Source: Octopus bimaculoides
Taxonomy: Eukaryota
Assembly: GCF_001194135.2 (NCBI RefSeq)
Contig: NC_069000.1
Location: 47,706,463-47,770,462 of the forward strand
Direction of reading: 5' to 3'
DNA: 64,000 nt
Part shown: positions 35,516-49,736 of the stretch, piece after piece
How positions within the stretch are numbered: position 1 is the stretch's first letter
Layout of the letters: each line of letters opens with the position of its first letter
Notes under the pieces: generated by a model
Database searches by the model: none
What the model was told of the DNA's origin: nothing
Seen by the model: only the letters and a program-made list of their open reading frames with translations
Program-made: the position numbers and the translations under genes

Positions 35516-37964
35516 CTTCAATTAGAAAACAAAAACATTTGAAAATACACCAAAAGAAAAACTACAAAGCAATAAGTCATACAGAAATATGTTTTCTCTT
35601 CAACTTCCCTTTAGTCCATCTTTGCTGTTGTTACTCATATTTAGCCCCTTCCCCCACTGCTTATTCAGTTCTTAGCCATGGTTTCATCATTCCATCATAA
35701 TTTTCCTTCACTGGATTAGATCTGCTGATGACATGCTATGTATTATAGGTGAGGTGAGAGGCATTATGTAATCACTTCACCTTCTAGAGTTAGAAGTCAA
35801 ATCTCTCCCAAATCTGTTTTTAAAAAAGAACATCTGCAATAATGCAATCCTGAATATTGTAAGTCTGAAGAGATGGGACTGATATATTGAGATTGTCCAC
35901 TGATGAGAAGTGTATAGGACCAAACATTGAGCCAGAGATCAAATAGCAATAACATTGTTACTTCTGTGTTAATGAGATGGGAGTAAATCAAGGATTGATC
36001 CCAATAAACCCTGATAATAACAACAAACCAGCCCTTTATTTCTCTGGGAAAGTGGGTTAAAGGGTTAATAATGAATTTTCCCTGTGATTATTCGAGATAG
36101 CAGCCAAATCCCTTTCAAATCCAACTCATCCATGACAATATAGGTCAGATACTACACTGTGCATGGAAACAAAATTGGGATGGCCATGATTGGAGTGATT
36201 TTATGATCAAAGCTGACCTGGAGGTTGAACTAAAAAAACAGCTCAGAAGATTTCAGTTTACTAATTAATAAAACTGCTTATTAACTTTGATTAAAAAAGT
36301 GCCCTTCTTCTGGGGAAATATAGGACACAGTAATTGATAAAAAATAAAAATTTGAACATTTTGAAATCAGTCTTAGAACTGATGCAGGTTAAATGGAGAC
36401 ATAGAGATGTTACAAATAATGTGCCATAGAGCAAGCTTAAGTGTCTTGAAGACATGTCGGAAACAATTTGAAGTTTCATGGAATAAAATTCTTGAGTGTG
36501 ATAGAGACTTAATGAGAATGGATTATTGTATGATTAAGTTGATGTGGTTGGGAGGGTGAGGGGATGTTGCTAGTGGCCAGAATTAAATAAACACAGAACA
36601 ATCCAATTATGAGAAAGGATGGTGGAACTGACAGATAGAATGACATACAGTATTTTCAATAGTATTTTCAACCCATGCCAGCATGGAAAATGGATGCTAA
36701 ATGATGATGATGATTGATTCATTTGTAACTCAATCCTGGCAATTACATCTGTTAAATACATTCCTAAGGCTGACCCTTATCAATGGTTAAGACTATGTGT
36801 GAGAATTTGTAATTGGAGTTTTGAATTTATGCCAGGATATAAAGTAATCAGGGTATTAATTGGATTCACTTAAATAGAAATTTAATTATATGTGTGTGTG
36901 TTTCTCTGTGTGTGTACACATATATGTTTGTTTATATGTGTGCATGTGTGTGTGTGTGATAGTGGATATAGGTGAGCCTTACAGACATCCAACTATAGTT
37001 TATGAATGATTAAAGATAATTAACACCTTAATTAATTTCTATTCTAGTAGAATTTATAAATTCTGATTAATTTATATGAATATACTGCAAAGGCTTTGGT
37101 TGAGTTAGGCTAGAGAGGAAGCCGCTTGCCCAAGGGTCTGCTCAAGCACCTCAGTGTCCACTGCTATAGCCTCAAGCTAATCAAAGCCTCAAACAGTGCA
37201 TTTTGTATATGGAAACTGAAAGAAGCTTATTGTACACACACACACGTGTGTGTGTGTGTGTGTGTGTATGGTCATGTGATGTGTATGAATGTGATCAGTT
37301 GCCTAAAGAAGTGCTGATCACTTAAAGTGGATGGAACTTGTGGGAGAGGGCGACTCAGGAAAACATGAAATGAAGTATTGAGGACCAATCTTGAAACGCT
37401 GAGCCTTACAGAAAAGATGACAAGGGATCAAGATGACTGGCATCATGCTGTGCAAAAGAAGAGCCATTTACCACAGTAGAATTGTTATCCTGAAACCCCC
37501 TTAGTATGTATGGAGCTCTGCCCCCACCTCCATTCTTTCAGCCCATCAAGCATTCCCCACCACATCTTATCCCCTAACACTCATCACTCTCAATCAAGGG
37601 TACAACTTGGCTGCTGCTGCTACTGCTGTAATCACTTTACTACATCCAGTCTCCTTGGTTACCTAACTCCCTCCTCTGAACTACTCATCTCAACCCCAGT
37701 GCTCAACTGGTACTTATTTTATCAATCCCAAAAGGAAGAAGAGTGAAGTTGAACCCAGCAGAATTTGAACTCAGAATGAGAAGACGGACAAAATGCCATG
37801 AAACATTTTGCCTGGTGTGTTAACGATTCTCCCAGCTCAATTCTGCCTAAAAATAAAAAGTGCTTATTTCAGATGTTTTGAAAATTTCTTGTTTATTAAA
37901 ATCCTTTTATTTATTCATGTCAGGTCACTTTCAAGAGCTACTGGTAACATGTAATCCAATGTAA

Positions 37965-38480
37965 CCTGTCACATGGTCGGGTCGTCGGCAACTAAACTGG
38001 CAACCCCATCAAGCTTGCTTGGTGAGGAGGGTGATTGTTGGACACCCTGCAGGACCAAAAATAAGACCTGTCAAAGGGCGGAAGAACTTCTGTGTAGTCA
38101 ATGGCCAATTCAACAAGTACCTTGTCACAGTGAAGTGCCTGTGTGCTCCATTGACCCAGAGAGCTATGCTGGAGGGAGAGAAATCTTCAGGAAGGTCTTA
38201 ACAAGTCAGACAGGTCGAAGCGTAGGAGACAGACAAAACCTTAATGACAGTAAATGGAAGCGTCAGCAGCAGGGCGTGGATTTAGTAATCGGCAGGGGAC
38301 CTAACAGATCAGATTCCTGGCTTTGGACTAGCAGGATGTCATGCAGAGGATCTTGAATACAAGACAATGGAGGAGACCCCAATATTCCTAGTTAGATGGA
38401 AACTGTGACACTACATGGAGCAGCACCCTGTGACTCCTATATTATGTGCAACTGAAACCCCTATGAAAGGGGGCATCCTA
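37965..38480 (+). mobile_element. Probable 5' region of an RTE-type LINE (UTR-like, GC-richer)
   Basis: ggtcgggtcgtcggcaactaaactggcaaccccatc...agggcggaagaac resembles RTE 5' UTRs; no intact ORF. Confidence 0.35.
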
Positions 38481-39381
38481 TGGGACAACCTAGATGAGAT
38501 GTCTTTTATTTTTCTTAGCTGATCTAGAACTGGGTTCACTGGCTGAAAGGTGCACATTATGTACTACATCGATTGTAAAGGAGCTGTGAACCACACATTT
38601 AAGTAGTACTGACTGTCTGTGTAACTGTAAATAGGTATCAAGACAAGATACAGGTTTATACCAAATGGAGCCACTAGATTTTCTTTTTTTCTTTTCTTTT
38701 TAGTTTGTAATGGTAACTTTTATTCTCAAGAGTACAGCTTTGACAGAGGAGGGCTCTAGAAAGTTGACTCACAGCAGGTAGACATAGTTTTCAACAATCA
38801 TTCTAGCAACCATAATATTCTTAAATGTTACGTTCAGAATGTTAAAAGGTTTTTATAAGGGTTCAGAGAAATTTATTAAAGAAAAAAAAATCTAAATCAT
38901 ATTTTATTTAAAAAAAACACTAAAAAAAAAGTATTTTAAATTTGTTTAAAAATACTGGAAATAAATTGTTGTTAGTTTATGTTAATTAATTAATTATGGT
39001 AAATCAAATTAGTTTTAAATATAACAACATTCTGTCAGAGGTTGGGGGTGGAGAACCTCAGAGGAAGTTTTAATATTTAATTTTATGTAAATATGCTGCC
39101 AATAACATTAATCAGTAATTAAAATTCAGAAGAAAATGGAAGGAAAGAGGCAAGGGTAGCAAAAGAAAATGGAAAGAAAAAATGTTTTTTCCTATTTTAG
39201 GTTTTAAAAAAATGCATAATTTTAGCTGATTTTGTGCTTTTAGTTAGATCATCCTAATAGCTGTTCTACTAATAGTAAATAGTAAAAGATACTGGTAAGA
39301 GGAAATTAAAAGAGTCTATAGAAAGAAATGAGAAACCGTTGAATGAAGCAAACGAAAGGAGTGTGTTTGTGTGAAGCCTGT

Positions 39382-39424
<43 letters not shown>

Positions 39425-39635
39425 CCTGTATGGATGTTGTTGCTTGGCTAACATACCGACTGCTGTTCAGAGGGGAAAAAGCAGCCAACTCTACAAACAC
39501 ATGTGCCTGTTCTTATGCAAGTGATATCTTACAATGCTGTTATTTACTGCTTACCAAACCATATTTCCAACATACTGCCAAACTAAGACAACATAACTAC
39601 AGTGTTCATATCATTTAAAGCTGTTGCTGCTGTTG

Positions 39636-39688
<53 letters not shown>

Positions 39689-41294
39689 GTCTGCCTGTCT
39701 ATCTGTCTATCAATATTAGTTTTGTATGAAACTGATATATTCATTAAGATTCAAAATAAAAGCCTTGTTATACTGTAGAGACGGCATAAAACATGTGAAT
39801 GGTCCCTCACAAATGGATTACATTTCAAAACATTTTATAGCAGAAAAAAAAAACAACAAAACAAAACAAAAAGATTGATTTTATAAGTGACATAGTTGGT
39901 AGATATTGCTCATAGTTCTGGAAGGAAACCGAAGTTTCAAAATATATGCACACACACACACACACACACGTGGTTAGGCAATTTAAGTGGAAGGACCCTG
40001 CAGAAGAAAACTGAGGATAGACATGGGAAGGAATGGCAGAGGCAGTGATGGAGGGGACAGAGAGAGATAATCGTTGGATGCTGAATCTTGTGAAAGAGAG
40101 AACAAGGAACTGACTGACCATGCAAAAATGGAGAAATAAGTATAGAATGATGACGATGATGATGATGATGACGACGATGAAGAGAAGATGATGATGATGA
40201 TGATGATGATATATGTAAAATATATAAAATGAGAACGATAGAAAGTGTAGAAGGAAAGTTAGAGCAGCCAGTAAATGTTTGAAATAGAAACATGTCTAAA
40301 GAAAAGAATTATGTGATAATTAAACTGCTAAATCTAAACTGCTGCCTGCCAGATGGAAACCCGAAAACAAATAGGACGGAGAGTGAGAAAGGGGGAAAAA
40401 AAGGGATTAAATTGCATGAAAGTTCTTACCTCAGACCAACAACTACAGCATGTTTGTCGTCTTGTGTTTTTAGAACTCTGGATACACACACACACATACA
40501 CACAAACACACACTGAGAAATATCTAGGGGGAGCTAAGTCAGGCACTTCAATTTTGGTTAATAATCACAAGAATTATGATTTTCATGTCTAGGAATAAAA
40601 AGGAGAATAAAAAAAAAAACTTGTGGATAAAATGAAAAGTTGGAAGAATGTGAATAAAAGTGATGTTTTTGAGATCCATCTCTTTATTAAAAGAATGATT
40701 GCATTTTTAGAATTAAAGACAACGAAAATTTGTTTTCTCTTTTTACAGAACTTGTAAATATTCTCCTGGGGTGAGTCTAGATCTCCTTACATTCTATTTG
40801 GCAGGATTCATGTTCTGAAAAGTGACAGTTAATGACTCCCATATATTGAAATCAACCAGATTTAACTAATTCTTTCTGTCTCATTCTTCAAAATTCTTTG
40901 TGACGCAATAATAGTGGAATCATTTTTCTAAACCTGAAATTATTTATAATCTCAGGTCGAAGCAACTTCATTTGGAAAAGCTTCAAGTTTCTCTGCAAGT
41001 TTTTTTTGCAGGCAACCATAGGTGTAGTTAATGATTTAACAGACAGGGAATATTAGAATATTAGAATATTAGAATGGGTGGTGGGGGTGGGGAAAGAGAT
41101 ACTATTACTACTGTGTCTGAAGAGTGGCAGTTCACAAAAAATGGAAATATTGTGTGCTGGTGTCTGATGCAATCTCCTCTATTTTCTGAGTTAAGTTTAA
41201 CCTTAATCTAGAATATTTTTCAAAGATAGAAAAGCCCAGATGTTGTCTTGTTTAATGTTTGATCCCAGTTTTGATGCAATAATTGTTATAGTAA

Positions 41295-41500
41295 GGCGGG
41301 GGGGAGCTGGCAGAAACGTTAGCATGCCGGGTGAAATGCTTAGCGGTATTTCATCTGTCTTTACATTCTGAGTTCAAATGCCACCAAGGTCAACTTTGCT
41401 TTTCATCCTTTTGGGGTCGATAAATTAAGTACCAGTTGAGTACTGAGGTCAATCTAATCGACTGCCCCCTCCCCCAAAATTTAGAGCAGAAAAGAATAAT
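41295..41500 (+). mobile_element. Near-full-length tRNA-derived SINE
   Basis: A-box-like tggcagaaacgtt and B-box-like gagttcaaatgcc; further copies at ~9160-9330, 29280-29420, 32360-32520, 37690-37830 and 57300-57420. Confidence 0.8.
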
Positions 41501-43333
41501 TGTTATAGTGGTTAAAGTGTGGTTTGTGTTGATGGGAAAAATACAGAATTTAAAATTGTTTTATCATTTCCTGGAATAGAAGCAGCAGCTAATTAAATGA
41601 ACTCATTAATCATTTTATTTCTGTTGCACTGCACACTGTTCTACTATTTAGAATATGTGGTAGACACTGACCTAATACGGAGGATACAAAACAAAGTGTT
41701 TCCGCTCATTATTATTTCATTGCAACAGTCTAAATTAAGTGGAGTAATTACATACATTAACTTCCTTATATAAGAAACCCTCATCTAGGTTGAGAACTTT
41801 TAAAAATCCTATCATCTCCAATGGTTTGTTTATGAATTTAGACTGTTTTTTATGTGATTAGACACTTCTGGATGTGTGTGTGTGTGTGTGTAAGTCTGCG
41901 CATACAGGAATGGTTGAGTGGTTAAAGAGCTCACTTTACAACAATGTGGTTTCAGGTTCAGTCCCTCTGTACATATATATTTGTGTTTGTCCCCCCCCCC
42001 ACCATCACTTGACAACTAGTGTCCCTTTGTAATTTAGCAGTTTGACAAACATGACTGGGTTTCACTTTCTTTTTTGACTAAATATCTCAAGGTGGCGCCC
42101 CCAACACGGCAGCAGTCCNNNNNNNNNNNNNNNNNNNNNNNNNNNNNNNNNNNNNNNNNNNNNNNNNNNNNNNNNNNNNNNNNNNNNNNNNNNNNNNNNN
42201 NNNNNNNNNNNNNNNNNAGAGAGAGAGAGAGAGAATATAATAATGATTCCTAAAATAGGTAAAATACCAGAAATTTAGTGAGACAACAGAAAAACTTAAT
42301 GAATGCCATTACTTCACTGGAGGGGTTTTATGTAGGGGATTTGAACTCAGAGTGTAAAGGGAGGCAAGCAAATACTGGAAAGTCTTTTTTCTCTCCATTC
42401 ATTCTCCTTACGGCTGATGATGATGTATAATGGATATATAATGGATGGGATATATAATGGATGGTTGTAAGTAGAATCAGACAGAAAGAAATCTGTGAAA
42501 TATAGATTTTGAAACAAAACAGGTACAGAAGAATATCAGAATGATAGTTTAAGTTTTGAGATTTGACTCTAAGAATCTTGTGAGTTAAAAATATATCAAG
42601 TAAGCTATTTTTTGCTAATACAACCGCATTAAGTAATGTTACAAAAAAAAAAAAAAAGTTATTCAATAGCAGAGGAGAATTCTAGTGATTTGAATGAATA
42701 AACTATAGAGTGAGGCTGTAGACCAATTTACTGCGAACATCTTAACTGGCATCTGGCATGAAAGATAAGTTCCAGATGGAAGAGAAAAAATGAAGGAGAT
42801 AGTGGTGGTGGTGGTGGTGGGAATTATTCAAATATTTACAAAGGATTAGTTTAGTAAAGCATAAAGAGATGTTAAAATAGAAATATTTTGATTTCTTTTA
42901 AATTATTTAAAACTTATTTTCACAATTGATGGGGTGTAATGGGTTTGGGTAAGTTTAGAAAAACTGTCTTGACATCTTATATATGTGTGGAGTGGAACAT
43001 GACAGCATGTAGGAGTGGAACCTATTACTATGGTGATTGGTTAGGAGTGGCGCCTGCTGCTAGGTAGAGTAAGCATGAGTAGGAGTGGTATTTCTTTATT
43101 ATAAAAATACTTGAATTATTTTTCCTTATTCCCATCAAATTCAATTTCTAAACGTTTTCATTCCATGTTTTGGATATTAAACAACAAATGTGATCTGCTG
43201 TATTTTCAGTCCACTTAAAGAGTGGCTATTTAGACCTCTATAATATTATTTTGCTCCAGTCTATGATGTATGCAACACTGAACTATGCAATGTAACTGAA
43301 GCTATATTCTATTAAATACAAACATCCAGATTA

Positions 43334-43538
43334 CAGTAATCGCTCGTCATATTGCGGTTCACCTAGTGTGCACTCAGTACATTGCAAATTTTTCTGGCTA
43401 ATATATATAAATTTATATCATACAATTCTCGGTATATCGCAGGTTCCGCGTTGGATAAGTCTTTATATTTTCTTAGATTTTAATTATTTCTGTGGGAGGT
43501 TTTGGAACGTAGAACCCACAATAGTTGAGGGATTACTG
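43334..43538. mobile_element. Tigger/pogo-type MITE copy 1
   Basis: TIRs cagtaatcgctcg / ttgagggattactg; TA target duplication on both sides. Confidence 0.8.
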
Positions 43539-43839
43539 TAGTCATAAAACGGTTGATTGATAAAAACTATGGAACAATATCAAAGATATAATGATTATAT
43601 TTGTAATATACTTTACAGTAAGTGTGATATACTTTAACAGATATTTATCATAATACGCCTTCATTACATGTATATATCTTTGAACATGTAAAGAATTTCT
43701 TCATAGTATTTCAGCTTTCTCTAAGACAGAGAAGACATCCTGCTATAAATAACATCTTACCATCTTGAAAAGGGATGAATTATGTAGTCTTTCATATGAA
43801 AAAATAGGATGGTTATGGCTTGAATGATTTTTCTTGTTT

Positions 43840-43975
43840 ATACATTAAATGAAGACTACATGTTTACTTGTTAAATGAAAGCTACATGTTTATATATTAA
43901 ACAAAGGCTACACATTTATATATTAAGTGAAGGCTACATGTTTAGAGGTTAAGTGAAGGCTTATGTTTACATATC
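43840..43975. repeat. Degenerate ~27-bp minisatellite (tatattaagtgaaggctacatgttta), about 5 copies
   Basis: Direct inspection. Confidence 0.8.
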
Positions 43976-44540
43976 AATCATTAAACAGCAGATATCATTA
44001 ACTGACATTTCAAAAATTTTACATGTATACAGCCATCATCAGTTGATACCTAAGCGCTTATTTTGTCAGATATGCCTAAGCGTAAAGTGGTCCTTATCGA
44101 TCGGAGAAATCGAATTGGAAATGGAAAATTTATACTTGATGAAGTAGTGAAATGTCCAGTGTTAGGTCTTTAACTTGAGTTTCTTAAAAGACAAAGTCTC
44201 AATGGTTCTGGTTAATATTTATAATCACATTCTTTGCTGCTATCAATCACCAGAAACCAACTAAATATGCACATAACCCCCATTAATAATAAACCTTGTT
44301 CTAAAAGATCAATCTAGTTTTTACCTGGAATAATGAATGAAATAAAAATTATAATGGAATAGAAATGAGAGTAAGTCACATACTGCCTGTTATAATAATT
44401 TTGTAGGTATGGGCTTCCCAAATGCATGGTTTCAGGTTCAGTCCTACTGCACGACACCTTGGGTTAGTGTCTTCTATCCTAGCCTCAGGCCACCAAAGAC
44501 TTGTGAGTGGATCTGGTAGATGGAATCCGAGAGAAGCCTG

Positions 44541-44597
<57 letters not shown>

Positions 44598-46414
44598 AGA
44601 GTATTGTAATTCGCTTGAAGCATTGTGTATTGTTTGTAAAAAATAATGTATTTTGAATGGCACAACAATGCATTATAATAACAACAATGGATTAGAATAA
44701 CTGTTATAATTGAATCCTCCATAGTTTGATAAGAAGGAAACCTAGAAAGATATGGGACAAAGTACTGAAGGTTGAACTCAACACACTGAGGCTTACAAAG
44801 GAAATGACAAAGGACTGAGATATCTGGCACCTTGCTGTACTCAAGAAGACCGGACCACCTTGGTAGTACTTCTCTTCATCCTGTCTCCCCATCAACCTTC
44901 TCCCCAAACCAACCACCACATTTCGTCCCCTCTCTATCACCTAAGATCAGAATACTACACCCACCTGCATTCTTAGTTACCTCCTTCCCAACCCTGAACC
45001 ACCTCCATTTCCCATTATCCCTCCACACACACATTCTCTCCCATGTTGTTCTCCATCATTTAACAACACCTCTCTTCTCTGTTACCATCAATGCCCTCCT
45101 ATATCTATCACAACTCCTGTCCCAGAGCCCCTCCTATAATTTCACTCCATCATTTACCTCAGTCACCTCTACCCTGCCCACCTACTTCTGTATCACTCCT
45201 CTTATTCTCACCACTCCCAAAGTCCCTTGAGGGCATCTCTCTCACCACCATCTCTCTCTCTCACCATTGCTTTCGTTATCTTCCTCTCTATCTCAACCTC
45301 CTTTCTGTTTCAACAGGAGTATTCATCTATCTACTCTACAATAAGATACCTACCCCTGTCCCTTGATATCTCAAATCGTATCAGCTGGCACAAAGCCCCC
45401 CCCCATCACTACTACCCCCTTCTTCTCAGCTGAAGGAGTTCTTGTCTAACAAGTTGGTCGGTGATCCAGTCAGTGCTGGTGCTGCATGGAAAGCACCCAG
45501 CTGGACACTCTGTAGTTGGTGCTAGGAAGAGTGTCCAGCTGTAGAAACCATCCCAAAACAGATAATGGACCCTACTGTGGCTCCCAGACTTACCATCTCC
45601 TGCCGAACTGTTCAACCCATGCCAGCATGGAAAACAGACGTGAAATGATGATGATGATGATGATGATATATATATTTATGTGTGTGTGTGGGTGGGTGTG
45701 CGTGTGTTTGTGGCCACCACCACTTGATAACTGCTGTTGATTGGTGTCCCTGTAACTTAGTGATTTAGCAAAAGAGACAAATAGAATAAGTATCAGACTT
45801 AAAAAAAAAGGAAATCTTGGGATTGATTTGTTCAGCTATAACTCTTCGGAGCAGTGCTCCAGCATGACTGCAATCCAATGACTGAAATAAGTAAAAGATA
45901 AAAGAAACAAGTATAGCATAACAGCTCTGGGTGTTAGGTGTGGATGTGAGGAAGGGTTAGTGGGGCGATCTAAGGGAGTTAAACCCTATGTTACTCCAGT
46001 GTAAGGGAGGTCATTACAGTAAAGAATTCCGTGCTTAACCTTTAAGAGAGCTCTCTCTCTCTCTCTTTCTTTCTCTCTCTCTCTTTCTCTCTCTCTCTCT
46101 CATATTTGTATCTAATTATAAAATCACAATGCAACAAATAAAATTTTCTTTCTTTTACAGAAAGAAAACAACATTGAAAGTATAAAAGATCAAATGATCA
46201 GGAAAAAATAAACAAGCCAAAACTATCACACCAAGGAAATAAAGAAAAAGAAAATAAAAGCAACAGAAGAGTGTGTGGGGGGGAGTAACAGGCTGTACAC
46301 CCCACATCAAATTGTGTGTGCAGACATGACTAAAGAATTGTTCTTGGGTGGGAGTTTTTTATATAACATAAAATCTAGTTTCAATTATCACCACACAACA
46401 TGCAAAGTCATTTA

Positions 46415-46639
46415 CAGTAATCCCTCAACTATTGCGTGCATTATGTTCCCAAACTTCCTGTGACAGGTGAAAAATATAAATATCTATCAGCCGCAGAAAC
46501 CCGTGATATACTGAGGAGTCCACGATATAAATTTACATATATTAGCCAGAAAAATCTGTGATGTATTGAGTGCATGATAGGTGGACGATGATGTACTGAG
46601 TGTGCGATAGGTGAAGCACGATGTGGCAAGGAATTACTG
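46415..46639. mobile_element. Tigger/pogo-type MITE copy 2, inverted relative to copy 1, with an internal ~30-bp duplication
   Basis: TIRs cagtaatccctca / aggaattactg; TA flanks; aligns to the reverse complement of 43334-43538. Confidence 0.8.
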
Positions 46640-48148
46640 TACTGCAATGGCAGAAATTCACTGCCTTTCCTTCATTGGAAATATGGTGAAATATTATTAA
46701 TGACAGGGAACAACTAGAATCAGAATGATGATGATGATGGACATGTCTGCTGTTACTATAATCTAGCAGCTTTAATCACCTTCATCATCATCATCATCAT
46801 CATCATTGTTTAACGTCTGTTTTTCATGCTGGATTGGGTTTGATGGTTTTACAGGAGGAGATGGCAAGGTCAAGTGCAGCACCAAGTTCCACAGTCTGTT
46901 TTGGCATGGTTTTTTTTACAGCCGGATGCTCTTCCTAATGCCAACCCCTGTACTGAGTAGTTTGTCATGAGAGAACAGCTTCTCTTTTCAAACAAACATG
47001 TATTTGTAACATACTCGATTCATTGGAGTAAGGGAACTTTGGGACATCTGGTGTTTTGACATCAGTCTGTCTCCTCAGCTGAGGAGAAACAATTCTCTTA
47101 GACCAGAAGTCATTCTTTGAAGACGAAATGCATCAGTGATCAGCTTATTCACACCCAAATGTGCCAAAACATATTAGCGGTAGATATGTCTGTCTTGGTT
47201 CATTATTGAAATTGTTGAGTGAGAAAGTACAACGGTGGTGGGTAAATGTAAGAAAAAGGGGATTAGGAAAAACCCAAATCAATTACTTCAGTTCTTGCTC
47301 CCCCCCTCTTTCTCTCTCTCTCACATACACACAGGTGCAGGCGTGGTTATGTGTTTAAAAGCTTTGTGAGTGGAAGATGAATGTTAAATGACGATGATGA
47401 GACACACACACACACACAGAGGCACATGTATGTATGTATGCTCCCCAACGCTGCTTCACAAACGCTGTTGGTTTGTTTACATCCCTGCAACTTAGAGATT
47501 TGGTAAAAGAGACTGCTAGAATAAGTATCAGGCTCAAAAAGAAGTACAGGGGTTGATTTGTTTGCCTAAACACTTGAAGGTGATGCCCCAGCATGGCCAT
47601 AGTCCAACAACTAAGCAAGTAAAAATAAAATTTTAAAAAATTGAATATATATATATATCAGGGGCATGTATTCTGGGTGTGAAAATAGCAAATTCCTTAT
47701 AAATATCAACCTTACTTATTGATTTAATCAGAAATCATAATGGAAAACTTTTATTCTACGTCTGCTTGAAATTTGGTGGGATCGGGGGTCCTGAAATAAT
47801 ACTGCATACCTCACAACACATTCTATCATAATATGGTACCAGGTGTAATGTGGGATAATGGAAGAATGGCAAAGGGTGTGCAACATCTTCGACAGCATGG
47901 TTACATGTTTGTTTTCATGATGAGAAGTTGTATGCTTGAATTAATTTAAAATTCCTTAACGAAAACTAATTTTTTTCTACAATATCAACGTTTAACTTTG
48001 ATCTTAATTTGGTTTTCAAAACTCGTAATACGTGTTTACGTGTTCAATCTTCAAAGAGACATTGTAAACCTAATTTGAGTCAGACTAATGTTTGTCATAG
48101 TAAGGTTAGAGTAGCAGCACACCCAATGATAGTAACCACCATACGTCA

Positions 48149-48185
<37 letters not shown>

Positions 48186-48949
48186 CTGTGCTGCATCTCT
48201 GAGATGCNNNNNNNNNNNNNNNNNNNNNNNNNNNNNNNNNNNNNNNNNNNNNNNNNNNNNNNNNNNNNNNNNNNNNNNNNNNNNNNNNNNNNNNNNNNNN
48301 NNNNNNNNNNNNNNNNNNNNNNNNNNNNNNNNNNNNNNNNNNNNNNNNNNNNNNNNNNNNNNNNNNNNNNNNNNNNNNNNNNNNNNNNNNNNNNNNNNNN
48401 NNNNNNNNNNNNNNNNNNNNNNNNNNNNNNNNNNNNNNNNNNNNNNNNNNNNNNNNNNNNNNNNNNNNNNNNNNNNNNNNNNNNNNNNNNNNNNNNNNNN
48501 NNNNNNNNNNNNNNNNNNNNNNNNNNNNNNNNNNNNNNNNNNNNNNNNNNNNNNNNNNNNNNNNNNNNNNNNNNNNNNNNNNNNNNNNNNNNNNNNNNNN
48601 NNNNNNNNNNNNNNNNNNNNNNNNNNNNNNNNNNNNNNNNNNNNNNNNNNNNNNNNNNNNNNNNNNNNNNNNNNNNNNNNNNNNNNNNNNNNNNNNNNNN
48701 NNNNNNNNNNNNNNNNNNNNNNNNNNNNNNNNNNNNNNNNNNNNNNNNNNNNNNNNNNNNNNNNNNNNNNNNNNNNNNNNNNNNNNNNNNNNNNNNNNNN
48801 NNNNNNNNNNNNNNNNNNNNNNNNNNNNNNNNNNNNNNNNNNNNNNNNNNNNNNNNNNNNNNNNNNNNNNNNNNNNNNNNNNNNNNNNNNNNNNNNNNNN
48901 NNNNNNNNNNNNNNNNNNNNNNNNNNNNNNNNNNNNNNNNNNNNNNNNN

Positions 48950-49292
48950 CTCCTTTCGTTTCTCTGCATCGTCGATGTTTTCTTCCCATGGTACTGTCAG
49001 TTCTAGCAAGATTCCTATTCTCCGTTCTGTATTCCATATGACTAAGTCTGGTCTTTTTGTTGTCTTTATAAGTGGAAAAATTGCTTGACTTCCCAAATCC
49101 GTGGCCAGCTCCCAGTATCCTTTCCATCTTTCGTCTATCTCATATATTTTATTTGGAGGCCTGATCTTATGTCCTTTTCCCTCCTTCTGGAAGTATATTT
49201 TCCTGCGTTTTTCCACTTTGGGGAACTCTCCCCTATTGTATCCCTCGATCTTCTCCTTGAGTGCTGCGCTTATGACGCCGAGGACTTGATTA
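48950..49292 (-). mobile_element. HERO-like (RLE-type, R2 group) LINE endonuclease fragment running into an N gap
   Basis: Open frame NQVLGVISAALKEKIEG...WELATDLGSQAIFPLIKTTKRPDLVIWNTERRIGILLELTVPWEENIDDAEKRKE (RPD..ELTVPWEE motif). Confidence 0.8.
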
Positions 49293-49736
49293 TTAGCACA
49301 GAATTAAATGGCTTCTAAACACGTTCCACGCTGCAATTATTGTAGTTATGATTAAAGGGAAACAACTCTACATGTCTTCAATTCCTGAGCTGAGGCATTC
49401 TTGTTCGTGTTATATTATCTCTTATCATTGGAAGCGGGGATGGGGGAAGACTGTTCTTTGCGGTGGAAGAGTCACAAGATCAGAAGATTACTACTGGACT
49501 AGATTCTTGCGTCTGTACAATATTTTGTATCTCTCGATAATAATACGAGTTTGACGCGGTTGTCTGAGAGTGATTTTAGTCTTCCGTTCTTAAGAAATTG
49601 CTAAAATAATTCTAATTGGTTAGGCTAGGGAGAGGAAACCCTTTCAGTAGCAGGGAAGAATAGTGAGGGCTGACGAATTTGACCTAAGAAAAAAAAAGGT
49701 TCTTTAATATTACGACTCCATTACATCTATAACTTG

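Noticed and set aside
40430-40477. 48-nt candidate exon SSKNTRRQTCCSCWSE (donor GAG|gtaaga) as the exon preceding GPVQIK
   Set aside because: It does not resemble the expected W..LN SMP helix, and the acceptor is a (GT)n repeat. It could still be a UTR exon.
41295-41400. tRNA gene (A/B boxes)
   Set aside because: No cloverleaf; it is the head of a multi-copy SINE.
44072-44173. 33-aa sORF MPKRKVVLIDRRNRIGNGKFILDEVVKCPVLGL in a CpG-rich patch
   Set aside because: Too short to distinguish from chance without expression or homology data.
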